In this document: piece by piece, positions 27,664-38,011 of the stretch
Numbering within the stretch: the first letter of the stretch is position 1
How the letters are laid out: each line of letters opens with the position of its first letter
Origin: an uncultured Planctomycetia bacterium
GTDB taxonomy: Bacteria; Omnitrophota; Gorgyraeia; Pluralincolimonadales; Pluralincolimonadaceae
NCBI GenBank assembly: GCA_964484255.1
Contig: CAZAEH010000004.1
Location: forward strand, 2,282-66,281
DNA length: 64,000 bases
Direction of reading: 5' to 3'
Position numbers and translations under genes: made by a program
The notes under the pieces: generated by a model
Databases searched by the model: none
What the model saw: the letters and a program-made list of their open reading frames with translations, nothing else
Told to the model about the DNA's origin: nothing

Positions 27664-28659
27664 TCAGACGGCCAGGTCCGGACGGACCTTTAGTCCCGCA
27701 CCGGACTTTATCCTCTTCACGTATAACATGTATCCGGCTGCCGCGATCATCGCGCCGTTATCCAGTGAAAGCCTCATCTCCGGGAACACAATGTCTATAC
27801 CGCTCTCTTCACCTGCCTCGGAAAGCCTCTCGCGCAGAAGCCTGTTGGCGCTGACCCCTCCGCCCGTTATAAGCACATCCGCCCTCTGTTTCAGGCAGGC
27901 ATATACAGCCCTCTCAACCACATACTCAACGGCTACCCTCTGGAAACTTGCGGCGATATCCGATATCTCTCTGGCCCCCGGCTTGCGGCCTTTCGTATGA
28001 TATAATACCGCCGTTTTTAGGCCGCTGAAACTGAAATCGTATGAATCTTCTCCGAGAAACGGGATCTTGAACTTAACCGAACGGGGATCCCCGTTCACGG
28101 CGGCCTTCTCTATCGCGGGACCTCCCGGATACCCTAAACCCAGGACTTTTGAGACTTTGTCGAAGGCTTCCCCGATTGCGTCATCCCTTGTCTGCCCCAG
28201 AAGTTTGAAGCTCCCGACATCTCTGCACAAGACCAACCCTGTATGGCCGCCTGATATAACAAGTCCCATAAAAGGGAACTTTATGTCGGGGCGGTTTATG
28301 AGCCCGGAATACAAATGGGCCCACAGGTGATTGACCCCCACTACCGGGATATTAAGGGAATAACCGAGCGCCTTGGCAAAAGAAACACCTACAAGCAAGG
28401 CTCCCACCAAGCCGGGGCCTTTTGTAACAGCTATCATGTCTATATCGCGCGGGCGGATACCGGCGGTATCGAGCGCGTCCCTCACGACATAATCCATTAC
28501 TTCCACGTGGTAACGGGTAGCTATCTCAGGGACCACTCCGCCATATTTCTTATGGAACTCCAGGGACGAGGCAACCGTATTGGATAATATCCGCCTCCCA
28601 TCCTTTACTATGCTGGCACCGGTTTCATCGCACGATGTCTCGATACCTAATACAAGCAT
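27664..28659 (-). CDS. tsaD: tRNA N6-adenosine threonylcarbamoyltransferase
   Basis: 331 aa. LVLGIETSCDETGASIV, Kae1/Gcp fold. Confidence 0.85.
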   Translation of the reverse strand: MLVLGIETSCDETGASIVKDGRRILSNTVASSLEFHKKYGGVVPEIATRYHVEVMDYVVRDALDTAGIRPRDIDMIAVTKGPGLVGALLVGVSFAKALGYSLNIPVVGVNHLWAHLYSGLINRPDIKFPFMGLVISGGHTGLVLCRDVGSFKLLGQTRDDAIGEAFDKVSKVLGLGYPGGPAIEKAAVNGDPRSVKFKIPFLGEDSYDFSFSGLKTAVLYHTKGRKPGAREISDIAASFQRVAVEYVVERAVYACLKQRADVLITGGGVSANRLLRERLSEAGEESGIDIVFPEMRLSLDNGAMIAAAGYMLYVKRIKSGAGLKVRPDLAV

Positions 28660-28662
28660 GGA

Positions 28663-29796
28663 TTATTCCGCCAATTCCGAAACGGGCACGGCCTCTACAC
28701 CCCTTGTCTTGAGGGTAGGCATCAATTGCCCGAGCACGGAAATGGTATTGGGCCTGTCGTGGCCTATAGCCACAGCGCTGCCGTTCTTAATGGCTGCGCT
28801 TACGGCCTTTTCGAACTGGGCTCTTATATAATTCTCATTACTTTCATTATCAAGGAATATCGACCTCTTAGCGAACCTTACGCCTATCTTTTTGGCAATA
28901 TATTCCCCTGTAGAATCATTGGTCACAAGGCTGTCCAGAAAGAACATATCCCTCTTCTTCAATTCTTCCAGGAACACACCCATAAGCCGCGGGTCTTCCG
29001 TGGCCTTGGAGCCTTCGTGGTTGTTCGCTCCGACGGCATACGGGACACTGGCCAAAGCTTTATTGAAAGTCACCCTTATCTGATCGTCACTCATGGTGGT
29101 AAGCAGCGTCAGGGTCTCAAGCCTCATCTTGGCTTTCGGTTCCATGGGCATATGCACGATTATCTCGAACCCTTTCTCCCTGGCCTTCTGCGCAATTTCG
29201 GTGGAATAAGGAAGGGAAGGCAATATGGAAAGGGTGACAGGTTCATCTATCTTCATCAGGCCCTGCAGGTTCCTTGCACTGTAGCCCCAGTCATCCAGGA
29301 CTATGGCAAGTTTAGGGAGTTTCTCTTTCGGCGGGACTACCGGTAAGACCGGAACGGCAGGAACCTCGGCTTGGGCAGCGAGCTTGTGTATAAGGGTCAG
29401 GCGCAGCACGGGGATATCCGAGTTACGCTCTGTGATTATGTATGAGACCTCTTCCCTCGCATGTTTTTTGCCTTTTACGGAGACCTCCCTTATCCCCCTG
29501 ACCTCGCCTCTTATATCGAAACCGCTCTTCCTAAGCGACTTCTCGAGAGAACGGCGGAAGTCGGCAAACTTGAAATCATCTTTTACCCAATAACGCCTCT
29601 CCGTGTATACATGCCTGAACTTTCCGACCATGTCCCTGGAAGAGACCTTGGCAGCCGCAAGCTCCTTCCCGACTACCTTATCCAACGGACGAGATGCCAG
29701 GAACCCGGATATAGCGCCATAAATATACATGGCGGTTATCACCGTTGCGGCAACTACCACTATGTGGGATGATCTTATTTTTTTTATTCTTTTCAT
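28663..29796 (-). CDS. Divergent polysaccharide deacetylase (YibQ/DUF610-like), membrane-anchored
   Basis: 377 aa. LAIVLDDWGYS, HMPMEP, NNHEGSK. Confidence 0.6.
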   Translation of the reverse strand: MKRIKKIRSSHIVVVAATVITAMYIYGAISGFLASRPLDKVVGKELAAAKVSSRDMVGKFRHVYTERRYWVKDDFKFADFRRSLEKSLRKSGFDIRGEVRGIREVSVKGKKHAREEVSYIITERNSDIPVLRLTLIHKLAAQAEVPAVPVLPVVPPKEKLPKLAIVLDDWGYSARNLQGLMKIDEPVTLSILPSLPYSTEIAQKAREKGFEIIVHMPMEPKAKMRLETLTLLTTMSDDQIRVTFNKALASVPYAVGANNHEGSKATEDPRLMGVFLEELKKRDMFFLDSLVTNDSTGEYIAKKIGVRFAKRSIFLDNESNENYIRAQFEKAVSAAIKNGSAVAIGHDRPNTISVLGQLMPTLKTRGVEAVPVSELAE

Positions 29797-31088
29797 TTTT
29801 TCGTAGCGAAGGTTTTATATATCTTCATGGTCTTTATCGCATCGATTGCACCTTGCAGCTGGTTATCGTAATCGGCTTTCTTGGATGCCGGCGCACCTTT
29901 TTCCTGCTCCAATTTATCGAATACCTCATCGGGGTTTTTCTTGCCTTCGGTCTCCTGCTTATTCAGCTGTTCACGCTCTATCACAAGGTCCGGGATTATA
30001 CCCTGCCCATGTATGGAGCGCCCGTTGGGTGTATAATATTTACTGGTGGTCAACCTTACAGCAGAACCGTCGGACAAAGGTATTACTGTCTGCACCGATC
30101 CCTTCCCGAAGCTTTTTACGCCTACTATTATGGCCCTCTTCAAGTCCTGCATGGCCCCGGCCACTATTTCCGAAGCTGAAGCCGAACCCTGGTCTACTAT
30201 GACTACCATAGGCATATCCGTTCTTGGGTGCTTGTCTTTAGCCCTGAACTCCATGGCCTGCTTGCCATCCCTTCCTTTAGTATATACTATAAGCTCACCG
30301 GCGGGCAGGAATTTGCCTGCGACATCGGCAGCCACGTTAAGGAGCCCGCCAGGGTCGTTCCTGAGGTCAAGGACAAGACTGTCTATGCCCTGCTTTTCGA
30401 GGTCCGCAAGCGCATCCTCAAGGTCCTTGGCCGAACGTTCTTGAAAGACGCTTAGTTTTATGTAGCCGATCTTGTCTTCAAGAACCTTCGCCTCTTTTAT
30501 GGATTTTACCTTGATGGTATCCCGCGTTATACTGAAATCGAGTATTTTGCCTTCGCCTTCCCTCAGGACTGTTATAGTGACGGAAGTCCCCGGCTTACCG
30601 CGCAACTTCTTTACCGCTTCAAGCAGCGTTATGCCCCTGGTTATCTCATTGTTTATCTTTACTATCCTGTCCTGGGACTTGACACCCGCCTTGAATGCCG
30701 GGGTGTCCTCTATAGGGGCTATGACCGTAAGCAGGTCGTCCTTTATTGCTATCTCGATGCCGATGCCCCCGAATTCACCCTCGGTCTCGACTTTCATCTC
30801 CGTATAGGTCTCGGGATCCATGAATTCACTGTACTTATCAAGGGATTGTATCATCCCTTTGAGGGCGCCATAAATAAGGTCTTTCGCTTTGACGTTGTCT
30901 ACATATTCGGAGCGCACCATGGTCAGGACATCCGAAAACAGCTCAAGCTGCTTATATATGTCCTCTGGCTTCTCCTGAGCTTTTTCCTGGGTCTCTTCTT
31001 TAGCCTTCTCCACCGTCGCAGGATAAACAAAGCCCGGAACGGCAATAGCGGCCGCCAGCACCAGCAATAAAAATCTCTTCTTGAACAT
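29793..31088 (-). CDS. ctpA: Carboxyl-terminal processing protease (S41 family)
   Basis: 431 aa. Signal peptide, PDZ domain, catalytic GSASASEIVAGA and LTTSKYYTPNG. Confidence 0.85.
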   Translation of the reverse strand: MFKKRFLLLVLAAAIAVPGFVYPATVEKAKEETQEKAQEKPEDIYKQLELFSDVLTMVRSEYVDNVKAKDLIYGALKGMIQSLDKYSEFMDPETYTEMKVETEGEFGGIGIEIAIKDDLLTVIAPIEDTPAFKAGVKSQDRIVKINNEITRGITLLEAVKKLRGKPGTSVTITVLREGEGKILDFSITRDTIKVKSIKEAKVLEDKIGYIKLSVFQERSAKDLEDALADLEKQGIDSLVLDLRNDPGGLLNVAADVAGKFLPAGELIVYTKGRDGKQAMEFRAKDKHPRTDMPMVVIVDQGSASASEIVAGAMQDLKRAIIVGVKSFGKGSVQTVIPLSDGSAVRLTTSKYYTPNGRSIHGQGIIPDLVIEREQLNKQETEGKKNPDEVFDKLEQEKGAPASKKADYDNQLQGAIDAIKTMKIYKTFATKK

Positions 31089-31107
31089 CTCTTCTCCTTC
31101 CCCCCGG

Positions 31108-32547
31108 TTATTTTTTGCCCGCGAGCCTTTTTCTCAAAACTTCATTGACCATGGCAGGGTTCGCCTTACCTCTGGTCTTCTTCATGACCTGCCCGACCAG
31201 GAACATCAGCGCGCTATCCTTGCCCTTCATGAAATCCTCTACCGTCTTGGAATTATCTGCTATGGCCTCATCGGCAAACTTCTCCAGCTCCGAGGCATCG
31301 GAGATCTGCGACAGCCCTTTTTCCGATATTATCACCGAAGCCTCTTTCCCTGTATCACACATCTCCAGGATTATTTCCTTTGCCATCTTGCCGCTTATCT
31401 TCCCGGAATCTATCTCTTTAAGCAGCCCGGCCAGCGAAGCAGGTTTCATCTTAAGGGCGGCTATGGACATCCCCTTAGAATTCAAATATGCCGATACATC
31501 CCCCATCATCCAGTTGGAGACCGTTTTCGGTTTATCATAATTTTTCAGGCATTCCTCAAAATAATCTGCGTTCTCCTTCTCCTGCGTCAACACTTCGGCG
31601 TCATAATCGGGCAAGCCGAGCGAATTTAGGAACCTTTCCTTCCTTGCCTTGGGTAATTCAGGAAGTGAAGCCTTCTGAGCTTCCACGACGGTCCCATCCA
31701 GGACAAAAGGCACAAGGTCCGGCTCGGGAAAATACCTGTAATCGTGAGCCTCTTCCTTAGAACGCATTGAAATGGTGATGTTCCTCTCGGGGTCCCAAAG
31801 CCTGGTCTCCTGGACTATCCTTTCTCCTGTATTAAGCAACCCCGCCTGCCTGCTTATCTCAAACTCAAGCGCTGCCTTGACACCCTTGAAAGAGTTCATG
31901 TTCTTGACCTCGGCCTTAGTACCCAGGCCCTTATCCCCTTTAGGCCTTAAGGATATGTTGGCGTCACAGCGCAAGCTGCCTTTTTCCATATCGCAATCAG
32001 ATACATCCAGATACTTTAACAGCAGTTTGAGGTTAGTAAGGTACTGGTATGCTTCGTCGGGGGAATTGATATCGGGTTCACTGACTATCTCAAGCAGGGG
32101 CATCCCGGAACGGTTAAAATCGACAAGGCTCGAATTCTCTCCCTCTTCATGGATGAGCTTTCCGGCATCTTCCTCCATATGGACCCTTTTTACGCGTATC
32201 GTCTTTGCGGCACCCCCGGGTTCTATCTCTATTTTCCCGTTCTCCGAAAGGGGTTCGTCATACTGGGATATCTGGTAATCTTTCGGCAAGTCCGGATAGA
32301 AATAGTTCTTCCTGTGGAATTTGACTTCACCTGATATCTTGCAGCCAACGGCAAGCGCAGCCTTTACGGCAAGCAGAAGAGCTTTCTTGTTAAGCACCGG
32401 CAGGACGCCGGGAAAACCAAGGCAAACAGGACACGTGTGCGAATTTGGAGAACCGCCAAATTCGGTCGTGCAGCCGCAGAACATCTTTGAAGATGTTTTT
32501 AGCTGTACGTGCACCTCAAGCCCTATTACAGGTTCGTAGTCCATCAA
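31108..32547 (-). CDS. gatB: Asp/Glu-tRNA amidotransferase subunit B
   Basis: 479 aa. YEPVIGLEVHVQL...KMFCGC N-terminus. Confidence 0.9.
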   Translation of the reverse strand: MMDYEPVIGLEVHVQLKTSSKMFCGCTTEFGGSPNSHTCPVCLGFPGVLPVLNKKALLLAVKAALAVGCKISGEVKFHRKNYFYPDLPKDYQISQYDEPLSENGKIEIEPGGAAKTIRVKRVHMEEDAGKLIHEEGENSSLVDFNRSGMPLLEIVSEPDINSPDEAYQYLTNLKLLLKYLDVSDCDMEKGSLRCDANISLRPKGDKGLGTKAEVKNMNSFKGVKAALEFEISRQAGLLNTGERIVQETRLWDPERNITISMRSKEEAHDYRYFPEPDLVPFVLDGTVVEAQKASLPELPKARKERFLNSLGLPDYDAEVLTQEKENADYFEECLKNYDKPKTVSNWMMGDVSAYLNSKGMSIAALKMKPASLAGLLKEIDSGKISGKMAKEIILEMCDTGKEASVIISEKGLSQISDASELEKFADEAIADNSKTVEDFMKGKDSALMFLVGQVMKKTRGKANPAMVNEVLRKRLAGKK

Positions 32548-33989
32548 ATCCGCGGGCTCCGCTTGTGCCAGTCTGTACTGCTTTCATAAGCATGCGCCAT
32601 CCTGAAAAGTTTCCCTTCCTCAAAGAAACCGCCTATCAGCTGCATGCCGATGGGCAGGCCGCTTCCGGTAAAACCGCACGGCAGCGACAGCGCCGGGACA
32701 CCGGCAAGGTTAACGGATATCGTGAATATATCCGAAAGGTACATCGACAACGGGTCAGCCGACCTCTCCCCTAACTTAAAGGCCGGGGTCGGGGACGTGG
32801 GGGTCAGTATGCAATCGAAACCGGCATTAAATACTTTCTCGAAATCCTCCTTTATGAGCCTGCGGACCTTCTGCGCTTTAAGATAATAAGCATCGTAATA
32901 TCCGCTGGAAAGAACGTAAGTACCCAGTATTATCCTTCGCTTGGCTTCTGCGCCGAAACCTTCGCCGCGGGTCCTCTCGTACATGTCCAGAACGTTCACG
33001 GGGTCCTTGCAACGGTATCCGTATTGCACCCCGTCGAAACGTGCAAGGTTCGAAGATGCCTCGGCCGTGGCCAGTATATAGTATACCGAGACCGCATATT
33101 CGGTATGGGGAAGGGATACCTCCGATACACAGGCGCCTTTTCCCTTAAAGATCTCTATGGCTTTTTTTATCGCTGAATCCACTTCGCTGTCGAGGCCTCC
33201 GACAAAATATTCTTTGGGTATACCTATCTTTGCGCCTTTTATCTTGCAATCCATGAAAGAAACATAATCCGGTACTGGGACATTTACCGAAGTGGAATCT
33301 TTAGGGTCGTAACCGGCTATGACACTAAGCATCAGGGCGGCATCATGCACGTCTTTTGCCAAAGGGCCTATTTGGTCAAGGCTTGAGGCAAAAGCTATCA
33401 AGCCGTAACGGGATACCCTGCCGTAAGTGGGCTTCATTCCCACGACACCGCATAATGCGGCCGGCTGTCTTATGGAACCTCCTGTATCCGAGCCCAGCGC
33501 CACTATTGCCTCATCCGCAGCTACCACGGCAGCGGAACCTCCGCTAGAACCTCCGGGTATCCTGGAAGTATCCCAAGGGTTTAAAGTAGGGAAATAAGCG
33601 GAGTTCTCGCAAGAGGAACCGAACGCGAATTCATCCATATTGGCCCTGCCGAATATAACCGCCCCTTCGGACTTGAGCTTCTCTATTACGGTAGCGTTGT
33701 AAGGCGGTTTAAAACCATCCAGGATCTTTGAAGCGCATGTGGTAAGTTCGCCTTCTATGCAAATATTGTCTTTTATCGCTACAGGAACACCCCTGAGCCT
33801 TCCCGATGCGGGCAGGCGAGACACCTGGCCTATTGCGGCATCCCTGTCAAGGCGTATATAACCTTTTATCTTGGCGTCCACGGACTGCGAACGTGAATAG
33901 ACCGAGTCTATTATCTCTTCCGGTCTTACGGATTTCTTATCCAGAAGGTCAAGCAGTTCACGAGCGGTAAAGGAGTAGAGATTTTCCAT
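32544..33989 (-). CDS. gatA: Asp/Glu-tRNA amidotransferase subunit A
   Basis: 481 aa. Amidase signature GGSSGGSAAVVAA...GSDTGGSIRQPA. Confidence 0.9.
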   Translation of the reverse strand: MENLYSFTARELLDLLDKKSVRPEEIIDSVYSRSQSVDAKIKGYIRLDRDAAIGQVSRLPASGRLRGVPVAIKDNICIEGELTTCASKILDGFKPPYNATVIEKLKSEGAVIFGRANMDEFAFGSSCENSAYFPTLNPWDTSRIPGGSSGGSAAVVAADEAIVALGSDTGGSIRQPAALCGVVGMKPTYGRVSRYGLIAFASSLDQIGPLAKDVHDAALMLSVIAGYDPKDSTSVNVPVPDYVSFMDCKIKGAKIGIPKEYFVGGLDSEVDSAIKKAIEIFKGKGACVSEVSLPHTEYAVSVYYILATAEASSNLARFDGVQYGYRCKDPVNVLDMYERTRGEGFGAEAKRRIILGTYVLSSGYYDAYYLKAQKVRRLIKEDFEKVFNAGFDCILTPTSPTPAFKLGERSADPLSMYLSDIFTISVNLAGVPALSLPCGFTGSGLPIGMQLIGGFFEEGKLFRMAHAYESSTDWHKRSPRI

Positions 33990-33998
33990 GTATGCCAG

Positions 33999-34295
33999 TT
34001 ATTCTTCTATTATCCTGGGGACTTTAAAGAAATCGCCCTTCTTCTGCGGGGCATTCGCAAGAACGGCTTCACTTGAGGCCGATCCGCGCGCCTCGTCCTC
34101 CCTGAAAGGATTTGAGGCAACGTGGGGATGGCTCATCGGCACCACATCCTTGGCTACATCGAGGCGTTCGTTGAGCTTATCGACATAACCGAGTATCCCG
34201 TCAAGCTGGCGAGCAAAGAGGGAAACCTCTTCGTCGGTAAGCTTGAGCCGCGCAAGCCGCGCAACGTACTTTATCTTATCTTCTTTTATGCTCAT
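33999..34295 (-). CDS. gatC: Asp/Glu-tRNA amidotransferase subunit C
   Basis: 98 aa, immediately upstream of gatA. Confidence 0.8.
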   Translation of the reverse strand: MSIKEDKIKYVARLARLKLTDEEVSLFARQLDGILGYVDKLNERLDVAKDVVPMSHPHVASNPFREDEARGSASSEAVLANAPQKKGDFFKVPRIIEE

Positions 34296-34306
34296 CTCTT
34301 TTAATT

Positions 34307-34335
34307 AAATTATCACAAGTGACCGGCAAAGTCAA
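34307..34335 (-). promoter_or_regulatory. Weak candidate promoter upstream of gatCAB
   Basis: Minus-strand TTGACT, 17-nt spacer, TAATTT. The -10 ends only 11 nt before the gatC ATG, so it is questionable. Confidence 0.2.
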
Positions 34336-34336
34336 T

Positions 34337-35182
34337 CTACGGCCAGATAGCATCCGCTATGGCCGCGAATTGCGCTAGCGAAAGCCGTTCTGCGCGGATA
34401 CCGGGGTCTATTCCCAAGCGCAGGAGCAATGCCGATAACGCCGGTTTATCAAGGTTTATGGCTTCGCTAGACAGCAATGAGTTCAGTAACGTCTTCCTCC
34501 TTTGGCCAAACCCGGCCTTTACAACGGCGAAGAACCTGTTTTCGTCGTTAACCTTTACCGAAGGTCTGGGAAGTAGGCCAAGCTCAAGGAAAGAGGAATC
34601 GACCTCGGGCTGCGGATAGAAAGAGTGCCTGTTTATCTCAAGAAGGATACGCGGCTTGGCGTAAAACTGCGCGTATACGGAAAGCGAACCGTAGTCCTTG
34701 CCTCCGGGACCGGCACATATCCTTGCGGCAACCTCTTTTTGCACCATGACAAACACCGTCTCGAAATTGTTCCGGTTCTCAATAAGCCGCTCGATTATCG
34801 GTGTAGTTATATAATACGGAAGGTTGCCGATCGCTTTGACCCTGGATGGCGCCTCGACCAATACGGATCCAAGGTCCAATTCCAGGAAATCATCGCAGAC
34901 CGTCCTGACATTTCCGAAACCCTTGAGCATATCGTTCAGGGCCAGGCAGACGCCCCTGTCCTTCTCTATTGCGATGATATGCTTTACTTCGCGGGCCAGC
35001 CTGCACGTAAGAGCTCCCAGACCGGCTCCTATCTCCATTACCCAATCAAAATTCTTAAAACCGCAGACAGTTATTATGTCCTCGACAACATCGCGATCCA
35101 CAAGGAAGTTCTGTCCGAGAAACTTCTTGGGGGTTATGTCGTATTTTTTAAGGGTCGACTTCAGCTCCGGCAGGTCCAGCAT
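34337..35182 (-). CDS. rsmA: 16S rRNA (adenine1518/1519-N6)-dimethyltransferase
   Basis: 281 aa. FLGQNFLVD, EIGAGLGALT. Confidence 0.85.
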   Translation of the reverse strand: MLDLPELKSTLKKYDITPKKFLGQNFLVDRDVVEDIITVCGFKNFDWVMEIGAGLGALTCRLAREVKHIIAIEKDRGVCLALNDMLKGFGNVRTVCDDFLELDLGSVLVEAPSRVKAIGNLPYYITTPIIERLIENRNNFETVFVMVQKEVAARICAGPGGKDYGSLSVYAQFYAKPRILLEINRHSFYPQPEVDSSFLELGLLPRPSVKVNDENRFFAVVKAGFGQRRKTLLNSLLSSEAINLDKPALSALLLRLGIDPGIRAERLSLAQFAAIADAIWP

Positions 35183-36174
35183 TACCGATGCCTCTTCGAT
35201 AGGAACATGGCAACGGCCGCTTTTATCGATTCTTCCATTGGACCCGCATCTGCGATACCCTTACCTGCTATATCAAAAGCTGTGCCATGCCCGGGGGAAG
35301 TCCTGGGGAACGGAAGCCCAAGGGTCACATTTATGCTTTCATCACGCGCTATCATCTTGAGCGGCGTAAGACCCTGGTCGTGGTACATCGCAACTATGCA
35401 ATCAAGCTTTCCGCGATAAGCGGAATAGAAAAGGGCTTCCGATGAAACAGGGCCTACTACTCCGGGAAATCTTCTTTTCGCGGCCCGAACAGCCGGGGCT
35501 ATGATATCTATCTCCTCCCTTCCTATCCGTCCGCCTTCCCCTCCATGTGGATTGAGGCTGGCCACCCCTATCCTGGGATATGGAATGCCGAAGATGACTT
35601 TCATAGCGTCGTAACTCAATTCTATGCAGTCGAGTATGTCTTTTTTCCTGATACCGGAGGGAACGTCTTTCAGCGGGATATGTCTCGTTACAAGGCTAAC
35701 CCTTAAAGGACCGCCTGCCAGCATCATCGCAAACTTGCCAACACTGAACCTGCGGGCTATATACTCGGTATGGCCGGAAAATTTTATACCCGAAAGGCAG
35801 ACCGCTTCCTTGCTAAGCGGGGCATTCACCAGGCAATCCGCCTCGCCGCATTCTATCATATCGAGAGCGCGATCGAGGTAAGCCAGGGAGGCCCTGCCGG
35901 AGAGTCTGGACGGCTTGCCCATTTTAACCGATGAGGCGCCAACCATATTCATGCCCACGAATTTTATCCCGGAGCGAACAAGTGCGGAAGCGCCTGAAAC
36001 CGCTGAAATGACGGGAAAATCCCCTACAATAATAAAATCGGCAAGCCCTCGCAACCTCCGGCTTGCCACCGCTTTCAGAGTCACTTCCGGCCCGACGCCG
36101 AACGGGTCGCCTGTCGTTATGACGACTCTCGGACGGCCGCGGGGTCTTTTTTTACTTGATCTGTATGAAGGCAT
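35182..36174 (-). CDS. pdxA: 4-hydroxythreonine-4-phosphate dehydrogenase
   Basis: 330 aa. ITTGDPFGVGPEV, GHTEY. Confidence 0.8.
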   Translation of the reverse strand: MPSYRSSKKRPRGRPRVVITTGDPFGVGPEVTLKAVASRRLRGLADFIIVGDFPVISAVSGASALVRSGIKFVGMNMVGASSVKMGKPSRLSGRASLAYLDRALDMIECGEADCLVNAPLSKEAVCLSGIKFSGHTEYIARRFSVGKFAMMLAGGPLRVSLVTRHIPLKDVPSGIRKKDILDCIELSYDAMKVIFGIPYPRIGVASLNPHGGEGGRIGREEIDIIAPAVRAAKRRFPGVVGPVSSEALFYSAYRGKLDCIVAMYHDQGLTPLKMIARDESINVTLGLPFPRTSPGHGTAFDIAGKGIADAGPMEESIKAAVAMFLSKRHR

Positions 36175-37117
36175 CTCGTTTTAATTTCGCCATCCATTCC
36201 TCATAGCGTTTCTGGGCCTTCTGCCTGTAAATGGTGTTCTCTATGTCGTCACGCGCTTCGGCCATTGAAAGAGGCTTGCTCTGTCTCTTCTCCTCGACCT
36301 TGAATATGAAATACCCCGTGTCAGTCTTGAGCGGAGCGGATACCTCGCCTTCTTTCAGGCTGAATATGACATTATCAAAATCCTCTCGCATCTGCCCTTT
36401 CTCGACAAAACCAAAATCCCCCCCCTCTTCCGACCTGATACCCTGCGAATAGAGCTTTGCGAGTTCTCCGAAATCCCTTCCCTCCTTTATAAGACGCATT
36501 ATGTCGTCCGCCTTCTGTTTTGTCAGGGCCTCGCTCTCTTTCCCTTCGTAACGCAGCATTATGGTCCTTATATGCACCGCTTCAGGCGATATAAGCTCCT
36601 GAGAATGTTCCTTGTAATATTGTTCGATCTCGAAAGGCGTGACTACTACCTTGTCTTTTACTTCATGGGAAACCAACCTTCCCATCATTATATTGTCTTT
36701 ATAACGTTTCTTGAGCACTTCCGTGGAGAGGCCGGCTTTTTGGACCTCGGAATAAAAGACCTCTTCGGATGGGAACTTGGACTTTACTTCCTTGAAACGA
36801 TCCTCTATCTCCGATTCGTCGACTATTACCCCGCGCCTTTTGGCCTCTTGAAGGATCAGTTTATCCTCTATCATCTGGTTGAGGTATTCTTTCCTGGCTT
36901 CTTCCGTTTTGGCTTTAAGTTCATTGCCGGAATATTCCTTCTGGAGGTCTGATATTATCTGGTTTAGGCCGACACTAAGGTCTTCCTCGGTTATTACGTC
37001 ATCGTTTACCACCACTAATATCTTGTTATCCGCGTCCGCCGGCTGGACAAGGACCCCGGAAAGGACCGTTAATAAGAAAAGTACGGCACAAATAAATGCC
37101 GCGTTGCAGCGCATCAT
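36152..37117 (-). CDS. SurA-like periplasmic parvulin-type peptidyl-prolyl isomerase
   Basis: 321 aa. Signal peptide. PPIC domain GGDFGFVEKGQM...TDTGYFIFKVEE. Confidence 0.7.
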   Translation of the reverse strand: MMRCNAAFICAVLFLLTVLSGVLVQPADADNKILVVVNDDVITEEDLSVGLNQIISDLQKEYSGNELKAKTEEARKEYLNQMIEDKLILQEAKRRGVIVDESEIEDRFKEVKSKFPSEEVFYSEVQKAGLSTEVLKKRYKDNIMMGRLVSHEVKDKVVVTPFEIEQYYKEHSQELISPEAVHIRTIMLRYEGKESEALTKQKADDIMRLIKEGRDFGELAKLYSQGIRSEEGGDFGFVEKGQMREDFDNVIFSLKEGEVSAPLKTDTGYFIFKVEEKRQSKPLSMAEARDDIENTIYRQKAQKRYEEWMAKLKRDAFIQIK

Positions 37118-37959
37118 TGCACACTCCCTTCGAGGAGTTTCTCGTTTATCCTGATATGAGCCTTTGACCTCAGGTTCTTTATAAGCTCTTCCATGCCGGT
37201 CTGCTGCGCCTGGTCCATAAGTTCTTTCTTTATTGCATCCCTTACCTCGGAGAGGTCAACAGCGCGCGGCTCTACCTTTTCGGTCAACCTTATTATGTGG
37301 TACCCGAATTTGGTCCTGATGATATCGCTGGTCTGCCCTACATCCAGTTTAAGGCATACTTCTTCTATCTGCGGCATAAGTTGGCCTTTAACGAAATAAC
37401 CTATATCGCCGCCCCTGTCTTTCGAAGGGTCTTTCGAATATTCCCTGGCAAGCTGCGCAAAATCAGCGCCTTCATTGAGCTTCTTCTGGACTTCCCTGGC
37501 TTCCTCTTCGGTATCGACCATTATGTGGCTCGCGCGCATCTTGAGCGGCGTCACAAAATCATCCTTATGCTCCTGGTAAAATTCCTCTATCTTCTCCTCG
37601 CTTACCGCCGTCTTCTTGCTCTCGTTCTCAAGCAGCTTGGCAACTATTATCTTGCTCCTGGCCTCTTCAATAAGCTCCTTGACATCCTTGTCCCTGTTCA
37701 GCCCCCTCTTAAGGGCCTCCCTGTAAAGGAGCTGCTCGTTGATCATGTCCTCAAGAAAATCCTTTTTCCTCTGGCTCGCTATTGCTTTATAATATGCAGG
37801 CATCTTGGACAGCCTTGAATCGAAATCTTTCACGGTTATGGCTTTCCCGTTGACTTTCGCGAGCACACGGGATTTCCCGTCCCCGCAACCGGAACATAAA
37901 GCGGCGGATACGGTTATAATAACGGAAAACAGTATTATTATTCTAGGTGTATTAGGCAT
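37114..37959 (-). CDS. PrsA/SurA-like parvulin PPIase lipoprotein
   Basis: 281 aa. Lipobox LCSGC. GGDIGYFVKGQLMP...FGYHIIRL. Confidence 0.7.
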   Translation of the reverse strand: MPNTPRIIILFSVIITVSAALCSGCGDGKSRVLAKVNGKAITVKDFDSRLSKMPAYYKAIASQRKKDFLEDMINEQLLYREALKRGLNRDKDVKELIEEARSKIIVAKLLENESKKTAVSEEKIEEFYQEHKDDFVTPLKMRASHIMVDTEEEAREVQKKLNEGADFAQLAREYSKDPSKDRGGDIGYFVKGQLMPQIEEVCLKLDVGQTSDIIRTKFGYHIIRLTEKVEPRAVDLSEVRDAIKKELMDQAQQTGMEELIKNLRSKAHIRINEKLLEGSVQ

Positions 37960-38011
37960 AATTTTATTTGCGGTAAGTTACTGTATTATATACTACCATA
38001 CCGGCTTGCCG

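Noticed and set aside
37960-38011. TATATAAT-like sequence upstream of the PPIase gene in the mfd-PPIase gap.
   Set aside because: No acceptable -35 partner is present at 16-18 nt. It may be a weak internal promoter, but the evidence is insufficient.
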